NCBI GenBank assembly: GCA_050916045.1
Contig: CP051526.1
Location: 1,440,001-1,504,000, forward strand
Direction: 5' to 3'
Source of the DNA: Tepidisphaera sp.
GTDB taxonomy: Bacteria; Planctomycetota; Phycisphaerae; Phycisphaerales; UBA1924
Length of the DNA stretch: 64,000 bases
The notes under the pieces: generated by a model
Told to the model about the DNA's origin: nothing
Database searches by the model: none
The model's input: the letters and a program-made list of their open reading frames with translations, nothing else
In this document: positions 19,420 through 29,773 of the stretch, one piece after another
Layout of the letters: each line of letters opens with the position of its first letter
How positions within the stretch are numbered: the first letter of the stretch is position 1
Position numbers and translations under genes: made by a program

Positions 19420-19467
19420 GCCCCGCCCCGACTGCGTAAGCCTTCTGACGCCATGAGAACAAACCAG

Positions 19468-19500
19468 AGCCGGCACGGAACTCCGTGCCGGCTTTTCTCT
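19468..19500 (+). terminator. Intrinsic terminator
   Basis: AGCCGGCACGGA-AC-TCCGTGCCGGCT followed by TTTCTCT, between convergent genes. Confidence 0.8.
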
Positions 19501-19545
19501 TGCCCGCTCCTGTCGCTGCCGGCTTTCTGAGCTTTCGGCTTTCCG

Positions 19546-21945
19546 CTATTCGGGCACCCACGCGAGCACAACGGCCCGGACGTTGATGCCCGCTTTCTTG
19601 GGGTGAAGGCGGAGCGTCGTGAACTCGGCCGCGGAAGCGTCGAAGCGGAGCGAAAGCTCGCTTGCTTCGGCTCCAAACTCCGCTTCGAGGGTGTGCAGTT
19701 GTTCCTGCAGCGCGGCGACGTTCTCCTCGGCGCGGGCGACGTCGGAGGATTCTTTCGTCTGGCGGCCGACGCTCCGCGCGGCGGATGCGGCGCGGCCGAG
19801 GTTGGCCGAGGACGCGATCTTCCGCCCCATGAACGCGCCGAGGATCGCCGAGCCGACGGAGAGGAAGGTGCCGGTCTTCGCGGCGGCGGCCTGTTCGCGC
19901 TGGGCTTCGGCTTGCTGCTGGGCCCGGCGGATGCGTTCCTGAAGTGCCGTGACCTTGGGCGCGTACTTCGTCCGGAGCTTGTCGACCGCGGCGTCGCGTG
20001 CTTCCCGAGCGGCCATCGCGACGCGAGACTTGAAGTCCCGCTCGGCTTCGAACGGCTTGGATGAGATCTTGAATGCCGCGCAGTGCTTCAGGACAAGCTC
20101 GTGCGTGCGGTAAAGAGAATCCGCGAGTGCTTTCTTCCACCCCTCGTACGAGCGCGGCTTGCCCGCGTCGGGATGGAGCGTCGCGAAGGTCGCGTCGCCC
20201 ACCGGTTCGCGTTCGACGTCCGCTTCGGTCAGTTCGACCTCCTCCGCCCGCTCCCAGTCGACGGCGACGGGGCCGGTTGAGACCTCGGTGAGGAACGCTT
20301 CCTCGATCTCCTGATCGATCCCGGCTTTCGCGTCGTAGTAGTAGACCTTTGCGAACGCGAGGAGCTTGGGCGAGTACGTGACCGAACCTGTCGCGCGCGT
20401 GGGCAGGAAGTACTGCGGGATCGCGGGGTCCAGGATCGGCCGGCCCGAAGCCTGACCCGTCGAGGCGGGCGCGGAGCGGCGGATTGGTTTGCTCGCGGAG
20501 GCCGCGGGCTCGCGTCCGGTCCTTTCGGTGAGCGCCCTGATCTGCCCCCGCGTCAGCGGCCCGCGCAGGTACGACAAGCACCACCGCGTCTCGAAGACTT
20601 CCGGGTGGTCGTCGTGCACGTTGTTCATCAGGAAGACCCGCTGGCCGAGCTGCGACAGCATGCCGTCCATCTCCGCCCGGTTGAACCCGCCCGCGGCGGC
20701 GCCCTCCAAGCCGTCCAGCACGCGCTGCTTGTCGCGGTCGGTCTGGAGCCGGCCGATGAACCACGTCCCGGCGTTCGACAAGCCCTTGTAATCCAGATCG
20801 ACCGGGTTCTGCGTCGCGAGCATGACGCCCACGCCGAACGCACGCCCCTGCTTCATCAGCGTCATCAGCGGCTTTTTGCTCGGCGGGTTGGCGGTGGGGG
20901 GGATGTACCCCGCGATCTCATCCATGTACACGATCGCTCGCAGGCTTGTCGTGCCCGACTGCGCCCGCGTCCACGCCAGCACGTGGTTCAGGAGCAGCGA
21001 GACGAAGAACATCCGCTCGGCGTCGGACAGGTGGGCGATCGAGAAGATCGCGTGCCGCGGTTTGCCCTCGGCTGTGTACAGGAACGACTGGATGTCCATC
21101 GCGTCGCCCTCAAGCCAGGACGCGAACCCCGGCGACGCGACGAGGTTGTTGAGCATCATCGCCAGCGCGAACCGGTCCTTGGCCGGAAAGACCGACTCAA
21201 GCTCCATCACGCCGATCCGCGTGAACGGCGGCGACTGGATCTGTGCGATCATCGCCGCAAGGTCGATGTCCTTCCCGCTAGCCCACGCCGTCGAGAGGAT
21301 CGTCGAGATCAGCGTGTGCTCACGCGTCGCGACCTGTTCGCCGGACAAGCCCATCAGGCCGAGCAAGCTTGTCGCGGTCGACGAGACGCGATCGCGGAAA
21401 AGCTCGCCGTCCTCAAGCGACTCCCGTGGCGGCGCGGCGAAGGTCTTGAGCACCGAGACGGGCGTGCCGGCGGATGAGCCGGGGGTGTAGACGGTGAACT
21501 CGCACGCGGCTTTGAGCTTGGCGATGCGATCGCCCGTCTGGCCCCAGTCGGCGAGCCCCCTGGCCCAGAGCTCGGCTTGCTGGCGGGCGAAGTCGTCGGG
21601 CGAGAGGTTCTTTTTGCGAGCGTCGTCGTCGTTGATCCACGGACGGAAGTCTTCGGGCTTGAGCTCGGGGAAGGTCAGGAGCAAGTTCGCGAGGTCGCCC
21701 TTGGGGTCGATGATGATCGCGGGGATCCCGTCGATCGCGGCTTCCTCGAGGAGGGCGAGGCACAAGCCGGTCTTCCCCGACCCGGTCATGCCGACGCAGA
21801 CCGCGTGCGTGACCAGGTCCTTGGAGTCGTAGAGGATGAGCCCATCCCGCCGTGAGCGGGTTGCGAGGTCGTGCTGCTTGCCGAGGTAGAACGCTCCGAG
21901 CTTCTCGAAGTCGGCGGGGACGGGGGCGCTGGAAGGGGTGGGCAT
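19546..21945 (-). CDS. HerA/FtsK-like P-loop ATPase (DUF87/DUF853-like) with a C-terminal coiled coil
   Basis: Walker A GMTGSGKT, IIDPKGD, Walker B VYMDE, KQGRAFGVGVMLATQNP. TAGGAT lies 7 nt before the ATG. Confidence 0.88.
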   Translation of the reverse strand: MPTPSSAPVPADFEKLGAFYLGKQHDLATRSRRDGLILYDSKDLVTHAVCVGMTGSGKTGLCLALLEEAAIDGIPAIIIDPKGDLANLLLTFPELKPEDFRPWINDDDARKKNLSPDDFARQQAELWARGLADWGQTGDRIAKLKAACEFTVYTPGSSAGTPVSVLKTFAAPPRESLEDGELFRDRVSSTATSLLGLMGLSGEQVATREHTLISTILSTAWASGKDIDLAAMIAQIQSPPFTRIGVMELESVFPAKDRFALAMMLNNLVASPGFASWLEGDAMDIQSFLYTAEGKPRHAIFSIAHLSDAERMFFVSLLLNHVLAWTRAQSGTTSLRAIVYMDEIAGYIPPTANPPSKKPLMTLMKQGRAFGVGVMLATQNPVDLDYKGLSNAGTWFIGRLQTDRDKQRVLDGLEGAAAGGFNRAEMDGMLSQLGQRVFLMNNVHDDHPEVFETRWCLSYLRGPLTRGQIRALTERTGREPAASASKPIRRSAPASTGQASGRPILDPAIPQYFLPTRATGSVTYSPKLLAFAKVYYYDAKAGIDQEIEEAFLTEVSTGPVAVDWERAEEVELTEADVEREPVGDATFATLHPDAGKPRSYEGWKKALADSLYRTHELVLKHCAAFKISSKPFEAERDFKSRVAMAAREARDAAVDKLRTKYAPKVTALQERIRRAQQQAEAQREQAAAAKTGTFLSVGSAILGAFMGRKIASSANLGRAASAARSVGRQTKESSDVARAEENVAALQEQLHTLEAEFGAEASELSLRFDASAAEFTTLRLHPKKAGINVRAVVLAWVPE

Positions 21946-22056
21946 GACCGGGATCCTAGAGGGTCCTGTGGTCGGGAGGTTTTCGGTGGTCGGGCGCGGT
22001 TCGCGGCGGGTCTGGGAGTGGGAGAGAAGGGGTTGGGAGCCTATAGTCGGCCCGAC

Positions 22057-22131
22057 GCCGAGGTAGCTCAGCTGGTTTAGAGCGCTGGATTCATAACCCG
22101 GAGGTCGGCGGTTCGAGTCCGCCCCTCGGCA
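22057..22131 (+). tRNA. tRNA with CAT anticodon, most likely elongator tRNA-Met; CCA not encoded
   Basis: Acceptor stem GCCGAGG/CCTCGGC with discriminator A, D-arm TAGCTCAGCTGGTTTAGAGC, anticodon loop TTCATAA, T-loop GGTTCGAGTCC. The G1-C72 pair argues against an initiator tRNA; Ile2 is not excluded. Confidence 0.93.
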
Positions 22132-22400
22132 TTCCCAACCCCCCACCCACAACCGAACGTGCAAAGAGCCCGGAGCGCCTTCACGGGTCGCGACCCGATG
22201 TCGCATGGCGAACGTGGAAGCCGTGACATCCGAGAACCGACGGCTTCACGCGAACATGCCTGGCGATGTTTCGCCGTGCGTCCGAACACTGGGGGAGGGG
22301 CGGCAACGAGGGCGGTTTTTGCTTGGTCGGCGGCCCCGATGCGGGTATCTTGTGCCCCATCGCGTGCCGCGCCGATGCGGTCCGCGACCAGGAGTATCCC

Positions 22401-23972
22401 ATGTCGCGTCAGTCCACGGCTTCTCGTTCCACGCCCGGTCTGGTGGGTTGGTTCTTCCGCGCTTCATCCCGCCGTAGTGTGGTCGCCGCGGCCTGCGCGG
22501 CCGCGTGCTTCCTCGCGAGCGCCGAGCGTGCTCTTGCCCAGGGGTTCCCCTCCGGGGATTGCTGGGAAGGGTGGCAAAACGCTGGTAATCTCGGGGGTAC
22601 TCTCTTTCCGGATCAGGTCGTGCGAGCTCTGGCCTTTCAGCCCCCGGGCGGCGGGGCCGGGCCGGCCGGCTCTGTGATCTTGGGCGGTGACTTTACCGGC
22701 ATTGCCAGCAACGTGCCCGCACGGTTCTTGGGCCGCTACAACCTCGCGACCGGGGCTCGCGCCCAACTCGGCGCGACCTTGAATGCAAGAGTGCGTGCGA
22801 TCGCGGTGATTCCCGGCGGCGATGTCATCGTCGGCGGCGACTTCAGCACCGCGGGGGCGGCCGGGGTTGGCCGGATCGCCCGCTACATCGATGCGACGGG
22901 GGCTTGGTCGACGATGGCGGGCGGTGTGAGCGGTACGAGTGTCGCGGCTCTGCTGACGCTGCCAAGCGGCGATGTGGTGGTGGGCGGGACGTTCACGTCG
23001 GTCGGGCCCGGTGTGGCCGCGCAGAACATCGCGATCTACCGCTCGGCGACCAACACGTGGCAGAGCATTGGTGCGATCGCGGGAGCCGTGCCCACGGTCG
23101 CGTCATTGGCCCTTACCGCCAACGGCGATGTTCTCGTTGGCGGACGTTTCACGACGGCGGGCGGCGTGCCCGCCGGGAGCATCGCCCGCTACCGACCTTC
23201 GACCGGCGCGTGGTCGGCGGTGGGCGGTGGGGTTCTCGATGTGGTGAACGCCTTGATGGAACTGCCCGGCGGCGATGTGCTGTGCGGCTCGGACTTCGGT
23301 CTTTACCGGTTCAACGCGGCGACGCAGACGTGGTCGCCATTCAACGAAGAGGTCTACGGCACCCTCGCGCTGGCAACCCTCCCGGACGGGTCGGTGCTGG
23401 TGGGTGGTCGGGGGAACGTGGAGTTCGGCCAGCCTCTCGAACGCTATCGCCCCGATCCGGCGCCGCTGGGCTCCTCCACGCTCTTCGCGGGCGGAGTCTA
23501 TGGTGAGGTGCGGGCGATCCTGCCGCTCCCGAGCGGGCTGGTCTGGGTCGGTGGCGCATTCCAGAGCCGGGCCCAGAACCTCGTGGCGTACGCCGTTCCC
23601 GGCACGCTGCCGGCGTTCGCGAGGCAACCCGCCCCGATGCTCACGGTCGTCGGGGGCACGGCGGTCTTCGACCTCAGTGCTTCGGCGCTGGGCGCGGTCA
23701 CCTTCCGCTGGCAGAAGGACGGCGTGCCGCTGGACATCGTCGCCAACCCGACGGCGGCGACACCGATCCTGCGCCTCTCCAACCTGCAGCCCAGCGATGC
23801 GGGGTCGTACGTGTGCATCGTGACCGGTTCGTGCAACGATCTTCCCCTCGGCAGTGCCCCCGCCACGCTCACGTTCCCGGGCCCGGCCTGCCCGGCGGAC
23901 TTCAACGGGGACCAGTTCGTGGACTTCTTCGACTACCTCGACTTCGTGACGTCGTTCGAGGAAGGGTGCTAG
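22401..23972 (+). CDS. Secreted beta-propeller plus Ig-domain protein with a single-repeat dockerin-like GC tail
   Basis: Repeats of V.ALA.LPxGDV.VGG.F..AGG...IARY; Ig motifs FRWQKDG and DAGSYVC; tail CPADFNGDQFVDFFDYLDFVTSFEEGC. AGGAG RBS. Confidence 0.88.
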   Translation: MSRQSTASRSTPGLVGWFFRASSRRSVVAAACAAACFLASAERALAQGFPSGDCWEGWQNAGNLGGTLFPDQVVRALAFQPPGGGAGPAGSVILGGDFTGIASNVPARFLGRYNLATGARAQLGATLNARVRAIAVIPGGDVIVGGDFSTAGAAGVGRIARYIDATGAWSTMAGGVSGTSVAALLTLPSGDVVVGGTFTSVGPGVAAQNIAIYRSATNTWQSIGAIAGAVPTVASLALTANGDVLVGGRFTTAGGVPAGSIARYRPSTGAWSAVGGGVLDVVNALMELPGGDVLCGSDFGLYRFNAATQTWSPFNEEVYGTLALATLPDGSVLVGGRGNVEFGQPLERYRPDPAPLGSSTLFAGGVYGEVRAILPLPSGLVWVGGAFQSRAQNLVAYAVPGTLPAFARQPAPMLTVVGGTAVFDLSASALGAVTFRWQKDGVPLDIVANPTAATPILRLSNLQPSDAGSYVCIVTGSCNDLPLGSAPATLTFPGPACPADFNGDQFVDFFDYLDFVTSFEEGC

Positions 23973-24035
23973 GGTCCCTGATCTGCTTTCCACGCGTGTG
24001 CGCGTGGGAGTCGGGTCCTTCGAGGAGACCAACGA

Positions 24036-25106
24036 ATGAACTGCCAAGCGAGAATGAGCGTTGCGTGGGCGGTGTTGGTTTCCGCAGGGGCTGCGATGGT
24101 TTCGCTTCCCCAACAAGCGGCGGGCGATCCGACGGTGCCGGGCGTCACGACGAGGCTGTACAGCCAGTTGGGCGCGGGGCAGTTGCCGTACACGCTCGCG
24201 TTGGACGCCTCGGGGGTTCTGTACGTGTCGTCGGACAACAACGCGAGCGAGGGCAGGTTCATCCTGAGCGTGCCGGTGGGGGGCGGCTCGCCGCTCAACT
24301 TCAGCACCGAGCGGATATTCGACCCCGACGGTGTGATCGTGGATCGCACAGGGTCATACTCGGGCGTGGCGGGGGCTGTGCTGGTGGGGTGCACGGACGA
24401 CGCGGGGCCGACGGGTCGGATTCGTGCGGTGAGGTCGGACGGGACCAATTTCACGGTCGCGGGGCCGAGTACGGAACTGAATAACAACGACACGATGGCG
24501 TTTGACTCGCTCGGGCGGTTGTACATCGATGTCTACGGGAACCGCACGGTGGCCCGAATGAATGGGAGTGTGCCGACGGCGATCCTCACGCTTCCGCCGG
24601 GGGTTTTAGGGGGCGTGATCGAGATTGACCATCTTGATCGGTTGTGGATCGCGTGTACGGACGGGAATCTGAGGAGGTACTCGCTGGCGGGCGTACTTGA
24701 AGCCACGATCCGCGTCTCGAACGCGTCCCTCGGCATGGGGCGGAGCGACGGCGGGTTATTCGAGCGCGGGATCTATGTGATCAACCGGCAGAGCGGGATT
24801 CTCTCGCGGGTGAATGCGCAGGACGAGCTTGAGGCGGTCGGCTCGGGGTTCGGGGAGGTGTATCACGCGGTGTTCGACGCTTCGGGGGCGATGTATGTCG
24901 CTGGGTACGAGAGCGCGCGGGTGTGGAAGCTGGGGGGATGCCCGGCGGATTTCAACGGGGACGGCTTTCTTGACTTCTTTGACTACAGCGACTTTGTGAC
25001 AGCGTTTGAGACCGGCGGCGGGCTCGAAGCGGACTTCAACGGGGACGGATTCGTCGATTTCTTTGACTACGACGAGTATGTGGCGGCGTTTGAGGCCGGG
25101 TGCTGA
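24036..25106 (+). CDS. Secreted NHL/SMP-30-like beta-propeller protein with a dockerin-like GC tail
   Basis: Blade motifs LALDASGVLYVS, MAFDSLGRLYI and VFDASGAMYVA; double DFNGDG tail ending AGC. Confidence 0.85.
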   Translation: MNCQARMSVAWAVLVSAGAAMVSLPQQAAGDPTVPGVTTRLYSQLGAGQLPYTLALDASGVLYVSSDNNASEGRFILSVPVGGGSPLNFSTERIFDPDGVIVDRTGSYSGVAGAVLVGCTDDAGPTGRIRAVRSDGTNFTVAGPSTELNNNDTMAFDSLGRLYIDVYGNRTVARMNGSVPTAILTLPPGVLGGVIEIDHLDRLWIACTDGNLRRYSLAGVLEATIRVSNASLGMGRSDGGLFERGIYVINRQSGILSRVNAQDELEAVGSGFGEVYHAVFDASGAMYVAGYESARVWKLGGCPADFNGDGFLDFFDYSDFVTAFETGGGLEADFNGDGFVDFFDYDEYVAAFEAGC

Positions 25107-25253
25107 GTATCGTGGCAGCCTGCCGCTCTTGGTCCGATGCACGGATCGAATATCCTGGTGCGTTTGGCTCGGCTTTCAGGTATGCTCGCGTCTGCGAGTA
25201 ACGGCGATGCCTTCGTCGTTCCTTGGCCGACCTTTACCGGGAGTTTCTCTTCG

Positions 25254-27614
25254 ATGAAGACCTTTGGTCACACACGCGTCGGTCACATTCGGGGTGTCGT
25301 GGCGCCGGGGCTGCTGGCCCTCGCGGCTTTGGCTCCCACAGGAGTCGTGAACGCCCAGTGTAACGGTTTTTCATTGCAGACCTCCGGCGGTGCGGCGATC
25401 GTTCCCGGGACGTTCGACATCGGCAACCACTGCGACGATTGCATGACCGCCCTTGCTCTCCCTTTCCCGATCAGCATGTACGGCACCGCGTATAGCGCGA
25501 TCAACGTCAGCAGCAACGGGACGGTGCAGTTCGTCTCCGACGATGCGACGTACGGAAACGACTGCCTCCCTCGGGGCGAGCTCGGCGTGGCGATCTGCCC
25601 GCACTGGGATGATCTCATGACCGACGGGCCCGGGCACGGGATCTTCCGGTCCATCACGGGCGTAGCGCCCAATCGGGTTTTGGGGCTTGAGTGGCGCGGG
25701 CGGTATTACTCCGGCGGCGGCACGGTGAATTTCGAATTGCGTCTCTACGAGGACAACTCGCGGATCGAAGTGGTGTACGGCGCGATGGATGAGGGCGGGA
25801 TCGGCGCCACGATCGGCGTTCAGGATCTGTCCCGCCCGCCGACGCAGTATTCGTGCAACACCGGCGGGCTTATCGCTCCCGGAACCAAGCTGACTTTCGC
25901 GTGCTACAACGGGCCCACGGGCACGGGGGCTGCATCGCCGAACACGGTCTACGCGTGCGGGGATCAGGGCGTGACGCTGCTGAGCGTGGAGGTCACGCCC
26001 GGCGTCAGCCCGCCGAGCACGGGGATCACGGTGCTGGCGGACCTGACGAGCATCGGCGGCGTCGCGAACCAGCCGTTCTATGACGACGGCACGAACGGCG
26101 ATCTGGTGGCGGGCGACAACATCTGGAGCTTCCGCCTGACGGTCCCGCCGCTGACGCCGCCGGGCCCGAAGAACATCCCCTACATCCTCGGGGACGATCA
26201 GGGACGCTCGACGTCGGGTGTGCTGGGGCTGACGACCAATCCTTGCGCATCGACCGGGCCCGACGTGATCGTCGTCGGCCTGACGGATGTCAACTACTAC
26301 GGCGCGGTGGGGAATATCTCCGCGTATGCGATCGGCACCGACGCGTGCAACCGCGGCGATGTTCCCGTGCTTTGGATTCAGGGCGGGACCGAGCATCCGC
26401 TCATCGCGCAGAACATGTACCGGCTCAAGAACGGGCGGTTCGAGCAGATCGGGCAGTCGTTCCTCAAGCACAGCTTCCAGTCGCTCAATTCGCCGGGGTG
26501 CGCGACGTGCGTGCAGCCGCCGATGGGCGGGGCCCAGCTCGGCGTCGGGTGTTCAGACGTGTACGGCGCGGGGTACAACGGCAGTCAGGGGAACCTGGGA
26601 CGCCGTTCGACGGTGAACCCGACGACGGGCGTCTTTTCGTGGCCGCCGCCCCCTCCCGCGACGGATGCGATCGGCCAGCGGCTCCAAGTCTTCACGAGCG
26701 ATATCGATCCCGCGCTCAATCAGGGTGCGCTCTACTTCGGCGAGGCTCAGTATGTGACGGCCGACGACGCCCAGTGGGTCAATCCGCTCAACTCCGGGAC
26801 GCCGGCGACCAACGGGCTCAACAACGCCTCGTACCAAAGGATCACGATCGCCAGCACGACCGCCGCCCCGCAGATCGTGGGGCCGGCCCGCGTGATGTCG
26901 CCCGCGATTCAGGCGTGGAAGGACAACGACCCCGCGGTTTCGATGGCGGTGGCGGACTACGTCGACACTTCGATCGCGGGCCCGGGGATCGTCTGCCGGT
27001 TCTGGGTCGCGGGGAAAGCCACCGACAACGGGAACGGGACGTGGAACTACGAGTACGCGGTCTTCAACCTCAACGCCGATCGCGCGGGGGGGAGTTTCTC
27101 CGTGCCGCTGCCGGCGGGGGTCACGGTGAGCAACATCGGGTTCCACGGCGTCTTCGCGCACTCGGGCGAGCCGTACCCCAATACCGCGACGAACATGGAC
27201 GCGTGGCCCGGCGTGGCTTCGGATGGTCGCGTGACGTGGACGTGCCCCGAGCCGTTCCAACTGCCCAACGGCGACAACGCCAATGCGCTGCGTTGGGGGA
27301 CGATGTACAACTTCCGGTTTGACGCGAACGTCGCGCCGACGTCAGGATCCGCTCGCGTCGGACTTTTCAAGCCCGCGCCCGCCCCCGCGCCGACGCAGGC
27401 GGTGGCTGAGAACATCCCGACCCCCGGCACGCCGCCTTGCGAGGCCGACTTCAACAGCGACGGGTTTGTGGACTTCTTCGACTACGACGCGTTCGTGGAC
27501 TGCTTCGAGACGGGCGTGTGCCCCCCGGGCAAGAACGCGGACGTGAACGGCGACGGGTTCGTCGACTTCTTCGATTACGACGATTTCGTGGGCGTGTTCG
27601 AAGCAGGGTGCTGA
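25254..27614 (+). CDS. Large secreted Cys-rich multidomain protein with a dockerin-like GC tail
   Basis: Signal peptide ending VNA-QC; nidogen-like N-terminal region (ICPHWDDL); YDDGTNGDLVAGDNIW motif; tail ends ...FEAGC. Confidence 0.85.
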   Translation: MKTFGHTRVGHIRGVVAPGLLALAALAPTGVVNAQCNGFSLQTSGGAAIVPGTFDIGNHCDDCMTALALPFPISMYGTAYSAINVSSNGTVQFVSDDATYGNDCLPRGELGVAICPHWDDLMTDGPGHGIFRSITGVAPNRVLGLEWRGRYYSGGGTVNFELRLYEDNSRIEVVYGAMDEGGIGATIGVQDLSRPPTQYSCNTGGLIAPGTKLTFACYNGPTGTGAASPNTVYACGDQGVTLLSVEVTPGVSPPSTGITVLADLTSIGGVANQPFYDDGTNGDLVAGDNIWSFRLTVPPLTPPGPKNIPYILGDDQGRSTSGVLGLTTNPCASTGPDVIVVGLTDVNYYGAVGNISAYAIGTDACNRGDVPVLWIQGGTEHPLIAQNMYRLKNGRFEQIGQSFLKHSFQSLNSPGCATCVQPPMGGAQLGVGCSDVYGAGYNGSQGNLGRRSTVNPTTGVFSWPPPPPATDAIGQRLQVFTSDIDPALNQGALYFGEAQYVTADDAQWVNPLNSGTPATNGLNNASYQRITIASTTAAPQIVGPARVMSPAIQAWKDNDPAVSMAVADYVDTSIAGPGIVCRFWVAGKATDNGNGTWNYEYAVFNLNADRAGGSFSVPLPAGVTVSNIGFHGVFAHSGEPYPNTATNMDAWPGVASDGRVTWTCPEPFQLPNGDNANALRWGTMYNFRFDANVAPTSGSARVGLFKPAPAPAPTQAVAENIPTPGTPPCEADFNSDGFVDFFDYDAFVDCFETGVCPPGKNADVNGDGFVDFFDYDDFVGVFEAGC

Positions 27615-27800
27615 CGGGGGGCGGATACTCGGCTCTGTATCATGACAGGGGAGTACGATCGGGGCGAATTCTGGGTATTTGTCCCATAACCTCGTCACGT
27701 GCTTGAGATTGTTCTGGCGACCGACATTGGCGGCTTGATACAATCAACGGACAGCATGCCCACTCTTGGATAGTGGGGCTCAACTCGGAGTACGCACACC

Positions 27801-28673
27801 ATGATTCGCCTCATCGTCTTGACGGTTTCTCCCGTTTTCGTGTTCGCGACTGCGGCCTCGGCCCAATGCGGAACCAGTGCCAATGCGCGTGCGGTTTCGC
27901 TCACGTGGGGCGATGGGCCGGGCGACGTCTCGTTTGACACCGGATTCGTCGCGTCGCCACTTGACGCCGTGGCATCGGTCGCGTCTTGGGATAGGAGTGT
28001 TTCCCGACAGGCCCAAGGGGAGATGGGCGTGCTTGTCACTGCGGAAGCTGGCCTCGTGCAGTTTCAGGCGAGCGGGCAGGCGCAGACCACATCGTCCGGG
28101 ATGTTCCTGTCCGCGTCGGGAGCGGGCTACTTCTCGGATCAATTGCTGGTGACTTCGGATTCGCTCCCGCCCGGTTCTCCCGTCGCGATTCGGTACACCG
28201 TGACGATCTCGGGCGTGCCATTGGTGATCGACAGCCTGCCTCAGGTGAGTTACTCCGCGACGTTGGGGCCATGCGTGTCGTCGGGGCTGTCGGGGCCCGG
28301 CTCGGCGAGCCAGACGTGCAACCACGTGGTGGGGCAGTCTTTCTCGATCAGCGGGTCTTTCACGGTTTCTCTGAACGCGGGCAGCATCAGCGGGTTCGGA
28401 CCGATCAGTTCATCGATCGCCGCGGACCTCGAGGCCCGCTGGACGATTGAGGTGCTCACGCCAGGGGCGAGGGTCGTGAGTTGTGCGGGGGCCTCTTACG
28501 GAGACTGCCCCGCGGACTTCAATGACGATGGGTTTTTGGACTTCTTCGATTACGACGCGTTTGTCGGCGCGTTCGAGGCGGGCTCCGGGTTGGTGGCGGA
28601 TTTCAACGGCGACGGGTTCGTCGATTTCTTCGATTACGACGCGTATGTGGGAGCGTTTGAAGCGGGTTGCTAG
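27801..28673 (+). CDS. Secreted Ser/Gly-rich beta-sandwich protein with a dockerin-like GC tail
   Basis: Signal peptide ending ASA-QC; tail CPADFNDDGFLDFFDY...FEAGC; GGAG RBS. Confidence 0.85.
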   Translation: MIRLIVLTVSPVFVFATAASAQCGTSANARAVSLTWGDGPGDVSFDTGFVASPLDAVASVASWDRSVSRQAQGEMGVLVTAEAGLVQFQASGQAQTTSSGMFLSASGAGYFSDQLLVTSDSLPPGSPVAIRYTVTISGVPLVIDSLPQVSYSATLGPCVSSGLSGPGSASQTCNHVVGQSFSISGSFTVSLNAGSISGFGPISSSIAADLEARWTIEVLTPGARVVSCAGASYGDCPADFNDDGFLDFFDYDAFVGAFEAGSGLVADFNGDGFVDFFDYDAYVGAFEAGC

Positions 28674-28733
28674 GGTCTGTCTCGCCGCCCCTAGTGGAGA
28701 CCGGACGGTGGAGCAGTTCGAAGGGAGACGATC

Positions 28734-29579
28734 ATGAGTGCCATCCGCCACACGACTCGGCGCGTGTTGATTCCGCTGCTCGCGGCCGGGTTCGCCGCGA
28801 CAAGCAGCGCCGACGTCCGTTTCTACGCCGACCGGCCGAACACCAACTCCGCGGATTTCCGCGACCGGTGCCTGTTCCTGGGCCCGGTGCCGGTCCGGTC
28901 GATCGACTTCTCGCTGCCGCCGGTCGGAGTCCTCGACCCCAGTTTCTTCCAGGCTTCCGCCGGGGTGACGGTGACGCTCGGTCTGGGCGGATCGGCTTCG
29001 ATCTTGGATGGTGTGGGCTCGCTCGCCGGGAACACGACGTGGAACGGGACGGGCGAGGGGCGGCTTCCCGAGCCAGCCCGCTACTACCACACGGGGTTTG
29101 GAGCCCCGACGCCCGTCGATTTCACCTTCGACCCGCCGGTGCGCGGCTTTGGCCTGATGACGGCGGACCTGTTCTTCTGGTTTCAGGGGACGCCTGCGGC
29201 GCGGCTTGAAGCCTTCGACGCCGCGGGCGTCTCGCTGGGTTTCGCCGATTCGTTCAACCAGAATTTCGAGTTCGATTACCAGTACTTCATGGGCGTGGTC
29301 GACAGCGCGGGCCGCATCACCCGCGTCCGGTTCACAAACTTTGGCCTGGCGGGCGACAGCGTCTATCTGACCGAAGCGTGGACCGCCCGAGGCGACCTGC
29401 GCTGCCGCGGAGATTTCAACAACGACGGGTTCGTGGATTTTTTCGACTACGACCTGTTCGTGCAGTGCTTTGAGGGCGGCGAGTGCCCGCCCGGCGGCGA
29501 TGCGGACTTCAACGACGACGGCTTCGCGGACTTCTTCGACTACGACGCGTTCGTCGCCCGCTTCGAAGCGGGCTGCTGA
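28734..29579 (+). CDS. Secreted protein with a PEP-CTERM-passenger-like domain and a dockerin-like GC tail
   Basis: Signal peptide; FTFDPPVRGFG...FMGVVDSAGRITRVRF pattern; tail ends ...RFEAGC. Confidence 0.85.
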   Translation: MSAIRHTTRRVLIPLLAAGFAATSSADVRFYADRPNTNSADFRDRCLFLGPVPVRSIDFSLPPVGVLDPSFFQASAGVTVTLGLGGSASILDGVGSLAGNTTWNGTGEGRLPEPARYYHTGFGAPTPVDFTFDPPVRGFGLMTADLFFWFQGTPAARLEAFDAAGVSLGFADSFNQNFEFDYQYFMGVVDSAGRITRVRFTNFGLAGDSVYLTEAWTARGDLRCRGDFNNDGFVDFFDYDLFVQCFEGGECPPGGDADFNDDGFADFFDYDAFVARFEAGC

Positions 29580-29773
29580 GGTCCTCTGCCTCCCCGCCCG
29601 CCCAACGCCCCCCAACGCCTCCCGCGCCCGTTCCGCGACCAGCCCAGAGCCCAGAGCTTCAGCGAGCGGGTCCGACGGCCAGCTGAATCGGAATGTTGTG
29701 GCAACGAGCTTTCCGCTTTCTTCCGCCACGACGACCGCTTGGATCACGGTCCGGGTTTGGGTAGACTGTCCGC

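Noticed and set aside
19546..21945. HerA-based anti-phage system
   Set aside because: No adjacent Sir2, NurA or nuclease partner; the gene stands alone with native codon usage.
21946..22206. Upstream extension of the HerA-like ORF
   Set aside because: It reads through the antisense of the tRNA; the start at 21945 has a -10 box.
22057..22400. Integrative element or prophage at the tRNA
   Set aside because: No integrase, phage gene or duplicated tRNA 3' end was recognised in the window.
22401..29579. Diversity-generating retroelement explaining the similar 3' ends
   Set aside because: No reverse transcriptase is present, and the differences are not adenine-specific; the similarity reflects a conserved protein tail.
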